Source: Octopus vulgaris
Taxonomy: Eukaryota
Reading direction: 5' to 3'
Assembly (NCBI GenBank): GCA_951406725.2
Contig: OX597831.1
Span: 14,198,001-14,262,000 of the forward strand
DNA length: 64,000 bases
Positions 1-12,041 of the stretch are shown one piece after another. The notes beneath the pieces were generated by a model. The model ran no database searches. It saw only the letters and a list, made by a program, of their open reading frames with translations, and was not told the DNA's origin. The position numbers and the translations under genes were made by a program. Each line of letters begins with the position of its first letter. Within the stretch, counting starts at the first letter, position 1.

Positions 1-166
1 TAAATTATACCATATAGAAAAAATTAGATATGCAATAAAAACATATAGCAATAATTAAGTAAAGTATAAAATAATAAATAATAAGGATATAATTAGTAAA
101 AGGACTACACGTGTTTTGTGGCTATAAATTATATATACTTTATATTTATTATTTTATACTTTATTA

Positions 167-212
<46 letters not shown>

Positions 213-220
213 TTTATTTA

Positions 221-267
221 AAAACTGTCCGACGAACGGGAACATGAAACTCCGAGTAACAGGTTTT
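221..267 (+). ncRNA. Degenerate minimal hammerhead motif in a TA-flanked ~160-bp element (211-368)
   Basis: aaaactgt-CCGACGA-acgggaacat-GAAAC-TCCGA-GTA-acaggtttt; related copies at ~30100-30225, 45899-46083 and a terminal fragment at 37019-37060. Confidence 0.55.
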
Positions 268-396
268 GTTGAATTTCTGCTGCTTTTAAATAAAGCATAT
301 TACTCTACCCCTGGTATTTGAGTACTCTTTTTTCCACCTTGTTTCACATTTATGTGTTTACTCCGGTATATATATATATATATATATACACACACA

Positions 397-706
397 TCAT
401 CATCATCATCATCGTTTAACATCCGCTTTCCATGCTAGCATGGGTTGAACGGTTCGACCAGTGTCTGGGAAGCCAGGAGGCTGCACCAGGCCCAGTCTGA
501 TCTGGCAGTGCTTCTACAGCTGGGTGCCCGTCCTAATGCCAACCACTCCATGAGTGTAGTGGGTGCTTTTTACATGCCAGGTGAGGCTGGCAATGGCCAT
601 GATCGGTTGGTGCTTTTTACATGCCATGGGCACAGAGGCCAGTTGAGGTGGCGCTGTCAACGGCCACGTTCCGATGGTTCTTTTACGTTCCACTGGCTCT
701 GGTATC
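397..706 (-). mobile_element. Retroposon family B (3' end ggttggcgttaggaagggcatccagctgtagaaa...gcggacgttaaac(gat)n)
   Basis: The same 3' module occurs at ~1928-2140(+), 4411-4560(+), 5040-5322(+), 8004-8340(-), 17880-18015(-), 27449-27677(+), 41220-41505(+), 42500-42840(-), 47940-48250(+) and 52610-53112(+); variable 5' ends and a (GAT)n tail. Confidence 0.8.
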
Positions 707-1496
707 ACACATACATATACATATATATACATACATTATATATATACATATGTATATATGCATGTGTTTGTGCAACCATATGCATGAATACACATGGAAT
801 ACATGTGTACCTCTATGTGTGTTCACATGACTTTGCTAAGTGAGTCTTGCCAGCCATGATCTTTCATTCTTGGCCTGACTGCTGACCGTCAACAAGTCTT
901 CTGTCCATCTTCCATGTTCCTGCCTTTAGGATTTCACTCCATACACGCCAGCTCAGTTTGAATCATTCTCAGTCGAAAGACGCCTGTTGTTATTTCTTGT
1001 TGTATTCATAATTCTATACCTTGTTCTCTGTTTTTTTTTTGTCTTTGTTGCCGTACTCATTCGCTAGTTTTCTTACAAAGGAGTATAATGCTCTTAGCTT
1101 TGACTTTTTTGGGGACAACCAGATCGAACCATCTCAAGTGTAACTGTCCGAAATGGTTGTGACTTCTGGTACTTGACTGATGAAAGAAAGCCAAGAATGA
1201 CCCGTCTTCTTTTTGCCTGTCCTTCTAATTGTTGTGCCTCTTGTCCGCTTTTGTGTCGTCTATCTGTCTGAATGTTTTAATACCCTCTATTGCATTCTTG
1301 TTCCATTTTTATATATACATATATATATATCGCCAAGCTAACATGGCAGTCCAGAAAAATTGGATGAATGCTGCCACTGATAAGCTCCAAGAAGCTATTG
1401 CCTCTAGCTAGCTATGTGGCATACAAACCTGTGTCCATTACAACCTTCAAACAGGGGAGGTCATCAGCTTCCCCTTGCTGTATATATGTATATTAG

Positions 1497-1534
<38 letters not shown>

Positions 1535-1606
1535 TATATATATATACATATACACATTACGTATATACATATATATATGTATATATATATATATATAAAT
1601 GCATAG

Positions 1607-1660
<54 letters not shown>

Positions 1661-2237
1661 GTGTTTGTGTGATGGCCTCAGAGACGTGCCGGTGGCACGT
1701 AAAAAAAACGTGTGCATCACATGGCCGCAGCTCTGAGCTGAAACTAGAAAAAAATAAATAAATAAATATATATATATATACCACATAATATATATATTAT
1801 AAATATATGTATCACACCATGTCTGTATGTGTCCGTATTGTGTGTGTATGTATCTGCCAGTGTGGCCGTTTGCCATCTTGATCGTTATTAACACACAGGT
1901 ACAAACACTTACCTGCATGTGTGTGTGTGTTGCTCGGCTGGTGTCTGAGCACCTCGTGTCGGTGGCACATAAAAAGCACCCACTACACTCATGGAGTGGT
2001 TGGTGTTAGGAAGGGCATCCAGCTGTAGAAACACCACCAGATCTGACTGGCCTGGTGCAGCCTTCGGGCTTCCCAGACCCCAGTTGAACCGTCCAACCCA
2101 TGCTAGCATGGAAAGCGGACGTTAAACGATGATGATGATGATATATAGGTGTGTATGTATATATTATATATACATATATTTTATTTACATATATATATAT
2201 ATATGTATACATATGCATGTGTGTGGTATACATACGT

Positions 2238-2282
<45 letters not shown>

Positions 2283-2760
2283 TTGAAGAGAGAGAGAGAG
2301 AGAATTTAATATCATTTAATGCAAGCGAATCTACCAGGTAAATCTGCTGTCTGCTAGGAACCATTCCATCCTGCCAATGTCTGTGAATCAAATTACTTCC
2401 AAGTCCTGTGCATCTTCCAATAAACACATCTTCATCAACTCACTTTAAAAACTATATTTGTATTGCACATCTTGAAACCCAATCCAAATATGGTTCATTC
2501 CTCCCCCCCTTAGCCCTTATTTTCTGTATTCCCTTACTCTATCTATCTATCCATCTATCTATCTACTTATACATGTGTATATACACACCTATGAATTTAA
2601 TCTTCATCTCTTTATGAACTCTTATAATAACATGCATGCAGCCACATCAACACCTTCTACTGACTATATATTCCCACTACACACTCACCCAAGTTATTAT
2701 GCAGTGGGACTGAACCCAGAGCCATGTGGTTGGAATGCCAGCTTCCTACCACACAGCCAC

Positions 2761-2794
<34 letters not shown>

Positions 2795-3164
2795 ATATAT
2801 ATATATATGATTTCAATACGGAGCAAATAATTCATGAGAAAATAATTTGCTAAGATATCATTGACTCTGTTATTATCTAGTGATCTAGTGTAACAATTTA
2901 AAAATGATAATAACAAAATCAATAATAAAGGCGATTGCAGCCCTCACCCCAAAACATTAAATAGCTGAAGGATTAAAATTAATCAAAGAACATACTAAGT
3001 ATGCCTACCTGCTGGAAATAACAGTCAAAACTCTTATTTAATTCGCTAAAATAAACTGATATAAATCAACTGTCCAAAGTCAAACGGGCTAAGACAATCT
3101 CTCAGCATACATTCAAGTATTTGGACTCACAGGGACTGGTTTCTGGACTGGCATAGTAGCCTCG

Positions 3165-3196
<32 letters not shown>

Positions 3197-3554
3197 ATAA
3201 GATAAGGGAAAGGCTAAAGATACTCCCTGCGTTATATAGGGTCGTAGGGCCAGTTTCCCTAGTTTCTGTGGTGCATATGTTCTCCCCTGGTTGGGGCACC
3301 AGTCTGTTGCAGGATTAGTCTTTTTTGCCACCCGAATGAAATGAAGTGTTTTGCTCAAGAACACAATGTACCGCCTGGTCCGAGAATTGAAACTGTGATC
3401 TAGCAATTGTGTGTGCAACACCCTACCCACTAAGCCACATCACACTTCACACACACACACACACAAAAGTGATTGATGTGGCTGTGTGGTAAGGCGCTTG
3501 TTTCCCAACCACATGGTTCTGGGCTCAGTCCCACTGTGTAGCACCTTAGGTAAG

Positions 3555-3599
<45 letters not shown>

Positions 3600-4556
3600 T
3601 GTGTGTGTGTCTGTATGTATGTGTATATATATGTGTATGTATGTGCATTTTGTGTGTGTGTGTTAGAGAGAAAGAAATACAGATGGAAAAAAGAGAGAGG
3701 GAGAGAAATACTGCTTTGCCATATGAGAGAAAGTGTCTGTATTTGTATAAGTGCTGAATGTGTGATAGTGTGGGGATACGTAAGTGTTTGCGTGTGTATG
3801 CATGAAAATGTGTGCCTGTGTCTGTATGTCTTTGTATGTATGTACGTATGTGTTTATGTATGCAAAAAAGAAAAGAAGATTTTTCCATGTTTGTATAAAT
3901 GTGTGTACGTGCTTATGTATATGTTTATATATATATATATATATATGTTTATCGATTTATACACGCACAAGTGTGTATATATACTTAAGTACATGGGAGC
4001 ATGTTTCAAAAGTGGGTCTTAATGTCTCGAGCCCATGCAGATAAACATAAAGAGTTACATGTAAGGGGAAATAGACCCATCATCACTACTACCGCCACCA
4101 CCACCACAACCAGAACCACGGGGTTGCCATCTCCCCCTCCCCTCACTGCACCCTACTCCTCGTTATCGTTATCTCGTTAAAATGGTGTTTACATAGTTGG
4201 TTTTCATTTGGCTCTGTCTATATTCATGACCACCAAGTAATTTGCCTGTGTTGTATTTAGTGAAGCTCTTCTGGCAGAAAGTGAAAAGTTCACCTTGGCA
4301 TAAAGGGACCTAGTTAAACACCACAAGGTATTTTTTTACTATTCTCTTCCACCGAGATACATGCATACATATGTGTGTGGGTGTATATATACATACTTAA
4401 GTACATATATTTGGCGTTAGGAAGGGCATCCATCCGTAGAAACACTGCCAGATTTGACTGGGCCTGATGAAGCCTTCTGGCTTCACAGACCCCAGTAGAA
4501 CCGTCCAACCCATGCTAGCATGGAAAACGGACGCTAAACGATGATGATGATGATGA

Positions 4557-4599
<43 letters not shown>

Positions 4600-5461
4600 A
4601 ATATATATATTTTATCTATTATTTTTTACTTGTTTCAGTCTTTCGACTGTGACCATTCTGGGGCCATACCTTGAAGAGTTTTTAGATGAACAACTATATA
4701 TATACACACTGCTCACTCTGTGGGTGAGTTTTTCCCCATGTCTCTCTGCATGAATTTTGCTGACACAGCATATTCTTCCCTTCCTTTATTTGTTAATGAA
4801 TCACTTAAAATGTATTGACCCTTTTAGCTGTTTACCTTGGCATATGTTGCTGATAGAGTTTTACAAAATAATTGTCCATACTTTGCATGTAAAATCTTCT
4901 TTACACTTCCATCCATGACCACAAAGCTGAATGATTCTCATAGTCTTCAACTGAGAAACCTAGAAATCAAAATTAGTACTTCATGCAGATATTCTGTTGA
5001 TATGCATCAATATATTATGTGTATGTGTGTGTGTGTGTATACACAGCACCATTCAAGCGTGGTCGATGCCTGTGTCAGTGGCACGAAAAAGCACCATTTG
5101 AGTGTGACTGATGCCTGTGTCACCTGACTGGCATCTGTGCTGGTCACACATAAAAAGCGCCCACTACACCCTCAGAGTGGTTGGTGTGGGGAAGGACATC
5201 AGGCTGTAGAAACCTTGTCAAATCAGAGTGCAGCTTCCCAGCTTGCCAGTCCTCAGTCAAAATGTCCAACCCATGCCAGCATGCAAAGCGGATGTTAAAC
5301 GACGATGTTGATGATGATGATGATACATATACATTTACGTAATTGTTTTGCCAGATTCCTGATGGGAAATAGTGTGTTGAAACGGATATTGTTATATTTG
5401 GGGATGGTCATACTTTTCCTACTTAACCACACGTACCACATAATTGGTCTTCACTTCAGCT

Positions 5462-5492
<31 letters not shown>

Positions 5493-5500
5493 CGTTTTTA

Positions 5501-5544
<44 letters not shown>

Positions 5545-6970
5545 GATTTTGATTTTGATTTTGATTTTGATTTTCACTTGCCTCAACAGGCCTTCACAAG
5601 TATCACAAGTGCTGTGGGCACATGACAAACACCATCCGATCGTGGCCGTTCGCCAGCCTCATCTAGCACCTGTGTCGGTGGCACATAAAAACACCATCCG
5701 AAGACCCGGCAAGACTAGTCAGGCCATAACCCATGGCCCCTACCTGGGACGTAGTCAGTCCACCTGTGCATACCTTCCTTCTTGTGACACTTGTGAAGAC
5801 CTGTTGAGGCAAGTGAAAATCAAAATCAAAACAAATCAAAATAGATGAACATCAATGGAATCTGTATCTTTGTGGTATCAGTGCCGGTGGCACACACTTT
5901 GTGGTACCAGTGCCGGTGGCACACAAGAGAACCATCCGAATGTGGCCGTAGCCAGTTCTGCATCGACCGGCCTCCGTGCTGTGGGCACGTAACAAACACC
6001 ATCCGGTCATGGCCGTTCGCCAGCCTCATCTGGCACCTGTGTCGGTGGCACATAAAAACACCTTCCGAAGACCCGGCAAGACTAGTCAGTCCACCTGTGC
6101 ATACCTTCCTTCTTGTGACACTTGTGAAGACCGGTTGAGGCAAGTGAAAATCAAATCAAATCAAATCAAAATAGACAAAATAGATGAACATCAATGGAAT
6201 TTGTATCTTGTGGTACCAGTGCCTGTGGCACACAAGAAATCCATCAGTGCTGTAGTCAGTGTGGTGGGCACATGACAAACACCATCCGATCGTGGCCGTT
6301 CGCCAGCCTCATCTAGCACCTGTGTCGGTGGCACATAAAAACACTATCCGAAGACCCGGCAAGACTAGTCAGGCCATAACCCATGGCCCCTACCTGGGAC
6401 GTAGTCAGTCCACCTGTGCATACCTTCCTTCTTGTGACACTTGTGAAGACCTGTTGAGGCAAGTGAAAATCAAAACAAATCAAAATAGATGAACATCAAT
6501 GGAATTTGTATCTTTGTGGTACCAGTGCCGGTGGCACGTGGCACACAAGAAAACCATCCGAACGTGGCCGTAGCCAGTACCGCATCGACTGGCCTCCGTG
6601 CTGTGGGCACGTAACAAGCACCATCCGATCGTGGCCGTTTTGCCAGCCTCATCTGGCACCTGTGTCGGTGGCACATAAAAACACCATCCGAGCGTGGCCG
6701 TCTGCCAGCCTCGTCTGGCACCTGTGTCGGTGGCACATAAAAAACACCATCCGAGCGTGGCTGTTTGCCAGCCTCGTCTGGCACCTGTGTCGGTGGCACA
6801 TAAAATCACCCACTACACTCTCGGAGTGGTTGGCGTTAGGAAGGGCATCCAGCTGTAGAAACACTGCCAGATCTGACTGGACTGGTGCAGCTTTCGGGCT
6901 CCCCAGACCCCAGTTGAACCGTCCAACCCATGCTAGCATGGAAAGCGGACGTTAAATGATGATGATGATT
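5545..6970 (+). repeat. Composite family B element with internal ~60-bp subrepeat array and higher-order duplication
   Basis: Unit gccagcctc(a/g)tctggcacctgtgtcggtggcacataaaaacaccatccga recurs at least 6 times; block ~5610-5880 is repeated at ~6262-6530; ends in the family B tail. Confidence 0.85.
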
Positions 6971-6974
6971 GAAC

Positions 6975-7520
6975 ATCCCTCATTCATTGGACAATGAACT
7001 TTGTTTGCGAAGACCCATCGAGGCAAGTGTAAACAAATCAAAATCACTGACGTGGCCGATGACAGTACTGCCTGATTGGCACTTGTGCCAGTGGAACGTT
7101 AAAAACATATCCGAGCGTGATCGTTGCCAGGGCCACAGATTGACTCCTGAGCCGGTGACATGTGAAAAGCACCATTTGAGCGTGATTGTTGCCAGCATCG
7201 CCTTACCAGCACATGTGCCAGTGGCACGTGGAAAACAACATGGTCATTGCCAGTGCCACCGGAGTGGCTCCCATCCAGGTGGTAAGTAAAAAACACCTTT
7301 TGAACATGGTATTTGGCAGTACTGCCTGACCGGCCCTTGTGTTGGTGGCACCTAAAAGCACCCACTACACTCTTGGATTGGTTGGCGTTAGGAAAGACAT
7401 CCAGCTGTAGAAACTTTGCTAGATCAGATTGAGCCTGGTGCAACCTTCTGGCTCACCAGTCCTCAGTTAAGCCGTCCAACCCATGCCAGCATGGAAAGTG
7501 GATGTGAATGATGATAATGA
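6975..7520 (+). mobile_element. Family B variant with a different 5' leader
   Basis: Leader cattcattggacaatgaactttg...; close reverse-complement copy at ~14175-14650. Confidence 0.8.
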
Positions 7521-7600
7521 TTATTATTATCATTATTTTTATTGTTATTATTATTTTTATTATTTTTATTATTATTATTATTATTTTTATTATTATTATT

Positions 7601-7632
<32 letters not shown>

Positions 7633-7835
7633 TATTATGTTTGTGGCTTTTGTCTAAACCTTTCATTACACATCCTGTAACCTCCTCAGTGCCTCCTCTG
7701 GTTCCATTTAATCCATTCTCTACTTCACTAAACAGGATAAGAATGGATTAAACAAGACAAGAGGAGACACATGCGATAAAAAGTCAGTGAAGAGGTTACA
7801 GTATGGAAGATGTCAGACAAAGGACACTGTAAAAC

Positions 7836-7910
<75 letters not shown>

Positions 7911-9300
7911 AGCCGAAGGGAAGACGTAGTAAAGAGTGAGTGTTCAATTGACAAAAATATGACCATCCTTAAATATAACAATATATGTGTGTATGTGTAC
8001 ATATCATCATCATCATCATCATCATCTTCATCATTGTTTAACACCCATTTTCCTTGCTGGCATGGGTTGGATGGCTTGACTGAGGACTGGCAAGCCAAAA
8101 GGCTGCACCAGGCTCCAAGCTGTTCTGGCAATGTTTCTACAGCTGGATTCCCTTCCTAACACCAACCACTCTGAGAGTGTAGTGGGTGCTTTTTACATGC
8201 CACTGGCACGAGGGCCAGTCAGGCGGTACTGGCATCAAACACACTCGAACAGTGCTTTTTATGTTCCACTGGCACAGGAGCCAGTCTGGTGGGACTGGCA
8301 TTGACCATGCTCAAATGATACTTTTTACGGTCCACTGGCACATATATGTATTTTTTTTATTGTTATAAGAACTGAGAAACTTTGGGAATGTGAAATAATT
8401 TTTAAAATATTATTTTCCCTTTTTGGCATTTTAAAATTCTTATAGTATCACCAACATACAATTCCTGTTGGTAAGAATAAAGTTTCTAAAGTGGATGGAG
8501 AAATTCAAAGTGTTGCTTTGGTCCAGTGGTAGAAAGCTTGTCATGTTTCCAGGAGATGTGAACTCACATCCCTTAAGCATCTTTCAACATTCTTTATTGA
8601 GTCTTTTTTTTAACCTAATATTTACATGCTATTTTATGGGCTTCAAGATTCACTGTTCCAAAAAGAGATAAAAAATACTTTTGTGTATGTGTATGTAATG
8701 TTAAGTGTCATTTCAAGTACTCAATTCATTCTATAGAGTTTATTGATTTACTCAAACCTGACCATTCCTTTTCTCAGTATTCAGGCTTTGTCATTTGCCA
8801 TGCGGAGTCCTTTCGAAAGAAGCCTTAAATTAGTGATGGAAGGTATCAGGGAGAATCACAGTTGTTAATGTATGCAAGTCTTCTCCTATCTTCACCAATG
8901 ATATTTATCTCAGGGAAAGGCTCACCAATTTGGACCAACACAACTTGGTATCTCGGTCATTACAGATGTTGTCTTCAGAACACTAAGCAATGGATCAAAC
9001 ACCACAAGTCACCTTGCTTGACTCCCTTTCCATTCTACAAATATATAGCCTTGGATTGGTATACTTTTTTTTTTTGCCAACTCTGAAAGGATGAAAAGTA
9101 CGGTTGTCCTCGAAGGGATTTGAACTCGGATCACTGAGAATTGGAACAGACATGATAAGATATTCTGACTGATGCTGTAACGGTTCTGCTAATTCACTGT
9201 CTTCCCATGATGCAATGTAACAGGTTAATGACTCAAATGTAAACTGAATGAGGTGTCTGTTACAATTAATTTCCACATTGCAATGGGATGTGTGTTATCA

Positions 9301-9404
<104 letters not shown>

Positions 9405-9587
9405 GGAAAGCATTAAAAATAAACAACAAAAAACAACAAACCCTTCATAGTAAGACTAAATGTTCTAGAATGTGAGTGATGTGTGTGTGTGTGTGTTTAG
9501 ATATAGATATTTCTATGTCTGTATGTATATATACATGTACGTGCCCACACTTTATATTTATATCTATATCTATCTCTCTCTCTTTCC

Positions 9588-9640
<53 letters not shown>

Positions 9641-11193
9641 TATATACATATATATATATATATATGCAGTATATAAACAAACTGTAGATATAAGTAGATT
9701 CCGCTATCTCAGATTGCAACAGTCAGGTGGTGAACATTAATCCCTTCTTCACACAGTACTCTTGCTGCTGTTGTTGTTGTTGTTGCTGTTTAACCCCTCC
9801 CCCCACCTCGTCCACCAAATGTTGTGAATTGACTGTGTTGTAACAGCATCAGATGAGGTACCTGCCTTACACTGTATGCTCCAGCTGGGTTCAAATCCTG
9901 TCACGGTCAGCATTGCCTTTGCCTTTCATTGCTTTCCATCTTTGCAGTCTTGATGAATATATTAGAAGTCTGGAGTGAGGTGGATGCCTAATTGGCATGA
10001 TATCAGAGAAGACGCCTTGCAGTGTTAGTTCCAGCTCATTGTTGTCTAAAGTTCAAATATGACCGAGATCAACTTTTCCTTTTATTCTTTGAAAGTTTGA
10101 TAAACAAAGTGTCAGTCGAGGGGGTGGAATTGGTAATCTATGTTGCAAATTTGAATCATGCTGCGTCAGTTTTGTTTTTCATCTTTTCGAGGTCATCAAT
10201 GTATCAGTTCAGAGAAGTGGGTTGGTGGAATTCTTAACTTATTGGAGAAAATGTTCTGTATAATCTCTTCTGGCTTTTTGTGTTTTGACTTCAAATGTCC
10301 CCCACTCTTGTTACTAGTTTCCTCATAGACAATATTCAGGAACCAATTAATGGTAGAATTCCTTAATTAGATTTAAGACTGTCTTGAGTTGGTTCCCTAG
10401 CTTCCATGGCATGTAATGACTGAAATTGTCCGAGAGTGGGATGCTGGTCTGCTGTAGGGTTACTCATCTGCAGTAGATGGGGCTAAAGCAATATGAAATG
10501 AAGTGTTTTACTCGAGGGCACGACACACAACCTGGTCCAGGAATTGAACCAGTGATCCAGCAAACACCAGAACAATACTTCAACAACTGACCACATGTAA
10601 TAATGCAATCAAGTCATTCCAGTTGAGGTATTGCTCTCTGTGATATAGGAAGACCTGTGGTCACAAGCAGAATGGGCCTGTGTACAATCAAAGACACTCC
10701 AGTTGTGACCATCTCATCTTTTTATGTATCTTGTGTATACTTGTTTTCTGTTTTTGTTTTTTAAAATGAGAATATTCTTCTTGCATCCCGCAATTTACTT
10801 GGCAAGCTTCACTAGTGCTGGTATTATGAAGAACGCATCAAGTGCACCCCATGAAGGGCATCGAGCCATAGAAAAAAAAAAACCCTGCTGAAGATGCTGT
10901 TGCAACTTAATACCCTGGATTCTGTTAAATTCTTCAGTGCATGCCAACGGCCAGCATGGAATACAGGCATTGAATGTTGACATGGATGATGGTGATGATA
11001 ATGATGATAAGGATGATGATGATGACGATGATGGTGAATAATGATGATTATGATGAAGATGATGGTGAATAATGAAGTTGATGAATGTAATGATGACAAT
11101 GATGATGGTGATGATCATGATAATGATGGTTGTGGTGATGACGATGATGACAGTATTAATGATTATAATAGTGATGATGATAATGAAGATGAA

Positions 11194-11227
<34 letters not shown>

Positions 11228-11239
11228 GTTATTATTATA

Positions 11240-11631
11240 GGCGTAGGAGTGGCTGTGTGGTAAGTAACTTGCTTACGAACCACATGGTTCCAGGTTCAGT
11301 GTCTTATACTATAGCCTTGGGCCAACCAAAGCCTTGTGAGTGAATTTGGGAGACGGAAACTGAAAGAAGCCTGTCGTATATATGTATATATATATATGTA
11401 TGTAAGTGTGTATATGTTTGTGTGTCTGTGTTTGTCCCCCCAACATCGCTTGACAACCAGTGCTGGTGTGTTTACGTCCCAGTAACCTAGCAGTTCGGCA
11501 AAGGAGACCAATAGAATAAGTACTAGGCTTACAAAGAATAAGTGCTGAGGTCGATTTGCTCGACTAAAGGCGTTGCTCCAGCATGCCCACAGTCACATGG
11601 CTGAAACAAGTACAAGAGTAAAAGAGTAAAG

Positions 11632-11633
<2 letters not shown>
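11240..11633 (+). mobile_element. tRNA-headed SINE family A (internal TA/TG microsatellite, AAAAGAGT-type tail)
   Basis: Head ggcgtaggagtggctgtgtggtaag...ggttccaggttcagt (A/B-box-like); tail ...ctgaaacaagtaaaagag. Many near-identical copies in the window. Confidence 0.85.
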
Positions 11634-11688
<55 letters not shown>

Positions 11689-11691
<3 letters not shown>

Positions 11692-12009
11692 TAGTTTTAT
11701 TTTTATAGCATGCTTTCACTTCACTACCGAGCGCAGCTCTGTGTGCCTTGGGTATGTGCTGTGATTTGTTGTGATGCTCTGATGGTTATTGTATGGAAAG
11801 TGTTCTGCGTAGGATGTGTGCAGTGCCTAGTAGTGCAATTTTCTGTATGTTATATGTGTTTGTAAGTCCTGGTGTTTTTGTTATGTATTTGTCTGAATAT
11901 TTTTTTATCATGCCTAATGCACCTACTATGATAGGAATTGTTTCTGTTTTCAGGTTCCACATTCTAGTTACCTCTATTTCCAGGTCTTTGTATTTTGAGA
12001 GTTTCTCCA

Positions 12010-12012
<3 letters not shown>
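11689..12012 (-). mobile_element. 5'-truncated R4/Dong-type LINE 3' end (second subfamily)
   Basis: Translation EKLSKYKDLEIEVTRMWNLKTETIPIIVGALG...IQKIALLGTAHILRRTLSIQ* resembles the C-terminus of the 32.6-36.2 kb element but the 3' UTR differs. (TTA)n lies directly on both sides. Confidence 0.85.

Positions 12013-12041
<29 letters not shown>

Noticed and set aside
1177-1210. CTGATGA-aa-GAAA as a hammerhead
   Set aside because: No room for stem II and no convincing stem I/III pairing.
5800-5820. ctgttgaggcaagtgaaa as a hammerhead variant
   Set aside because: No stem III or cleavage triplet; other copies (ccggttga, ccatcga) do not conserve the core.
5610-6810. Repeat-spacer (CRISPR-like) appearance of the family B array
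   Set aside because: Intervening sequences are themselves repeated and the array ends in a retroposon tail.
8770-9030. Unique-looking segment as a coding exon
   Set aside because: No recognisable peptide and weak splice signals; may be a decayed LINE.
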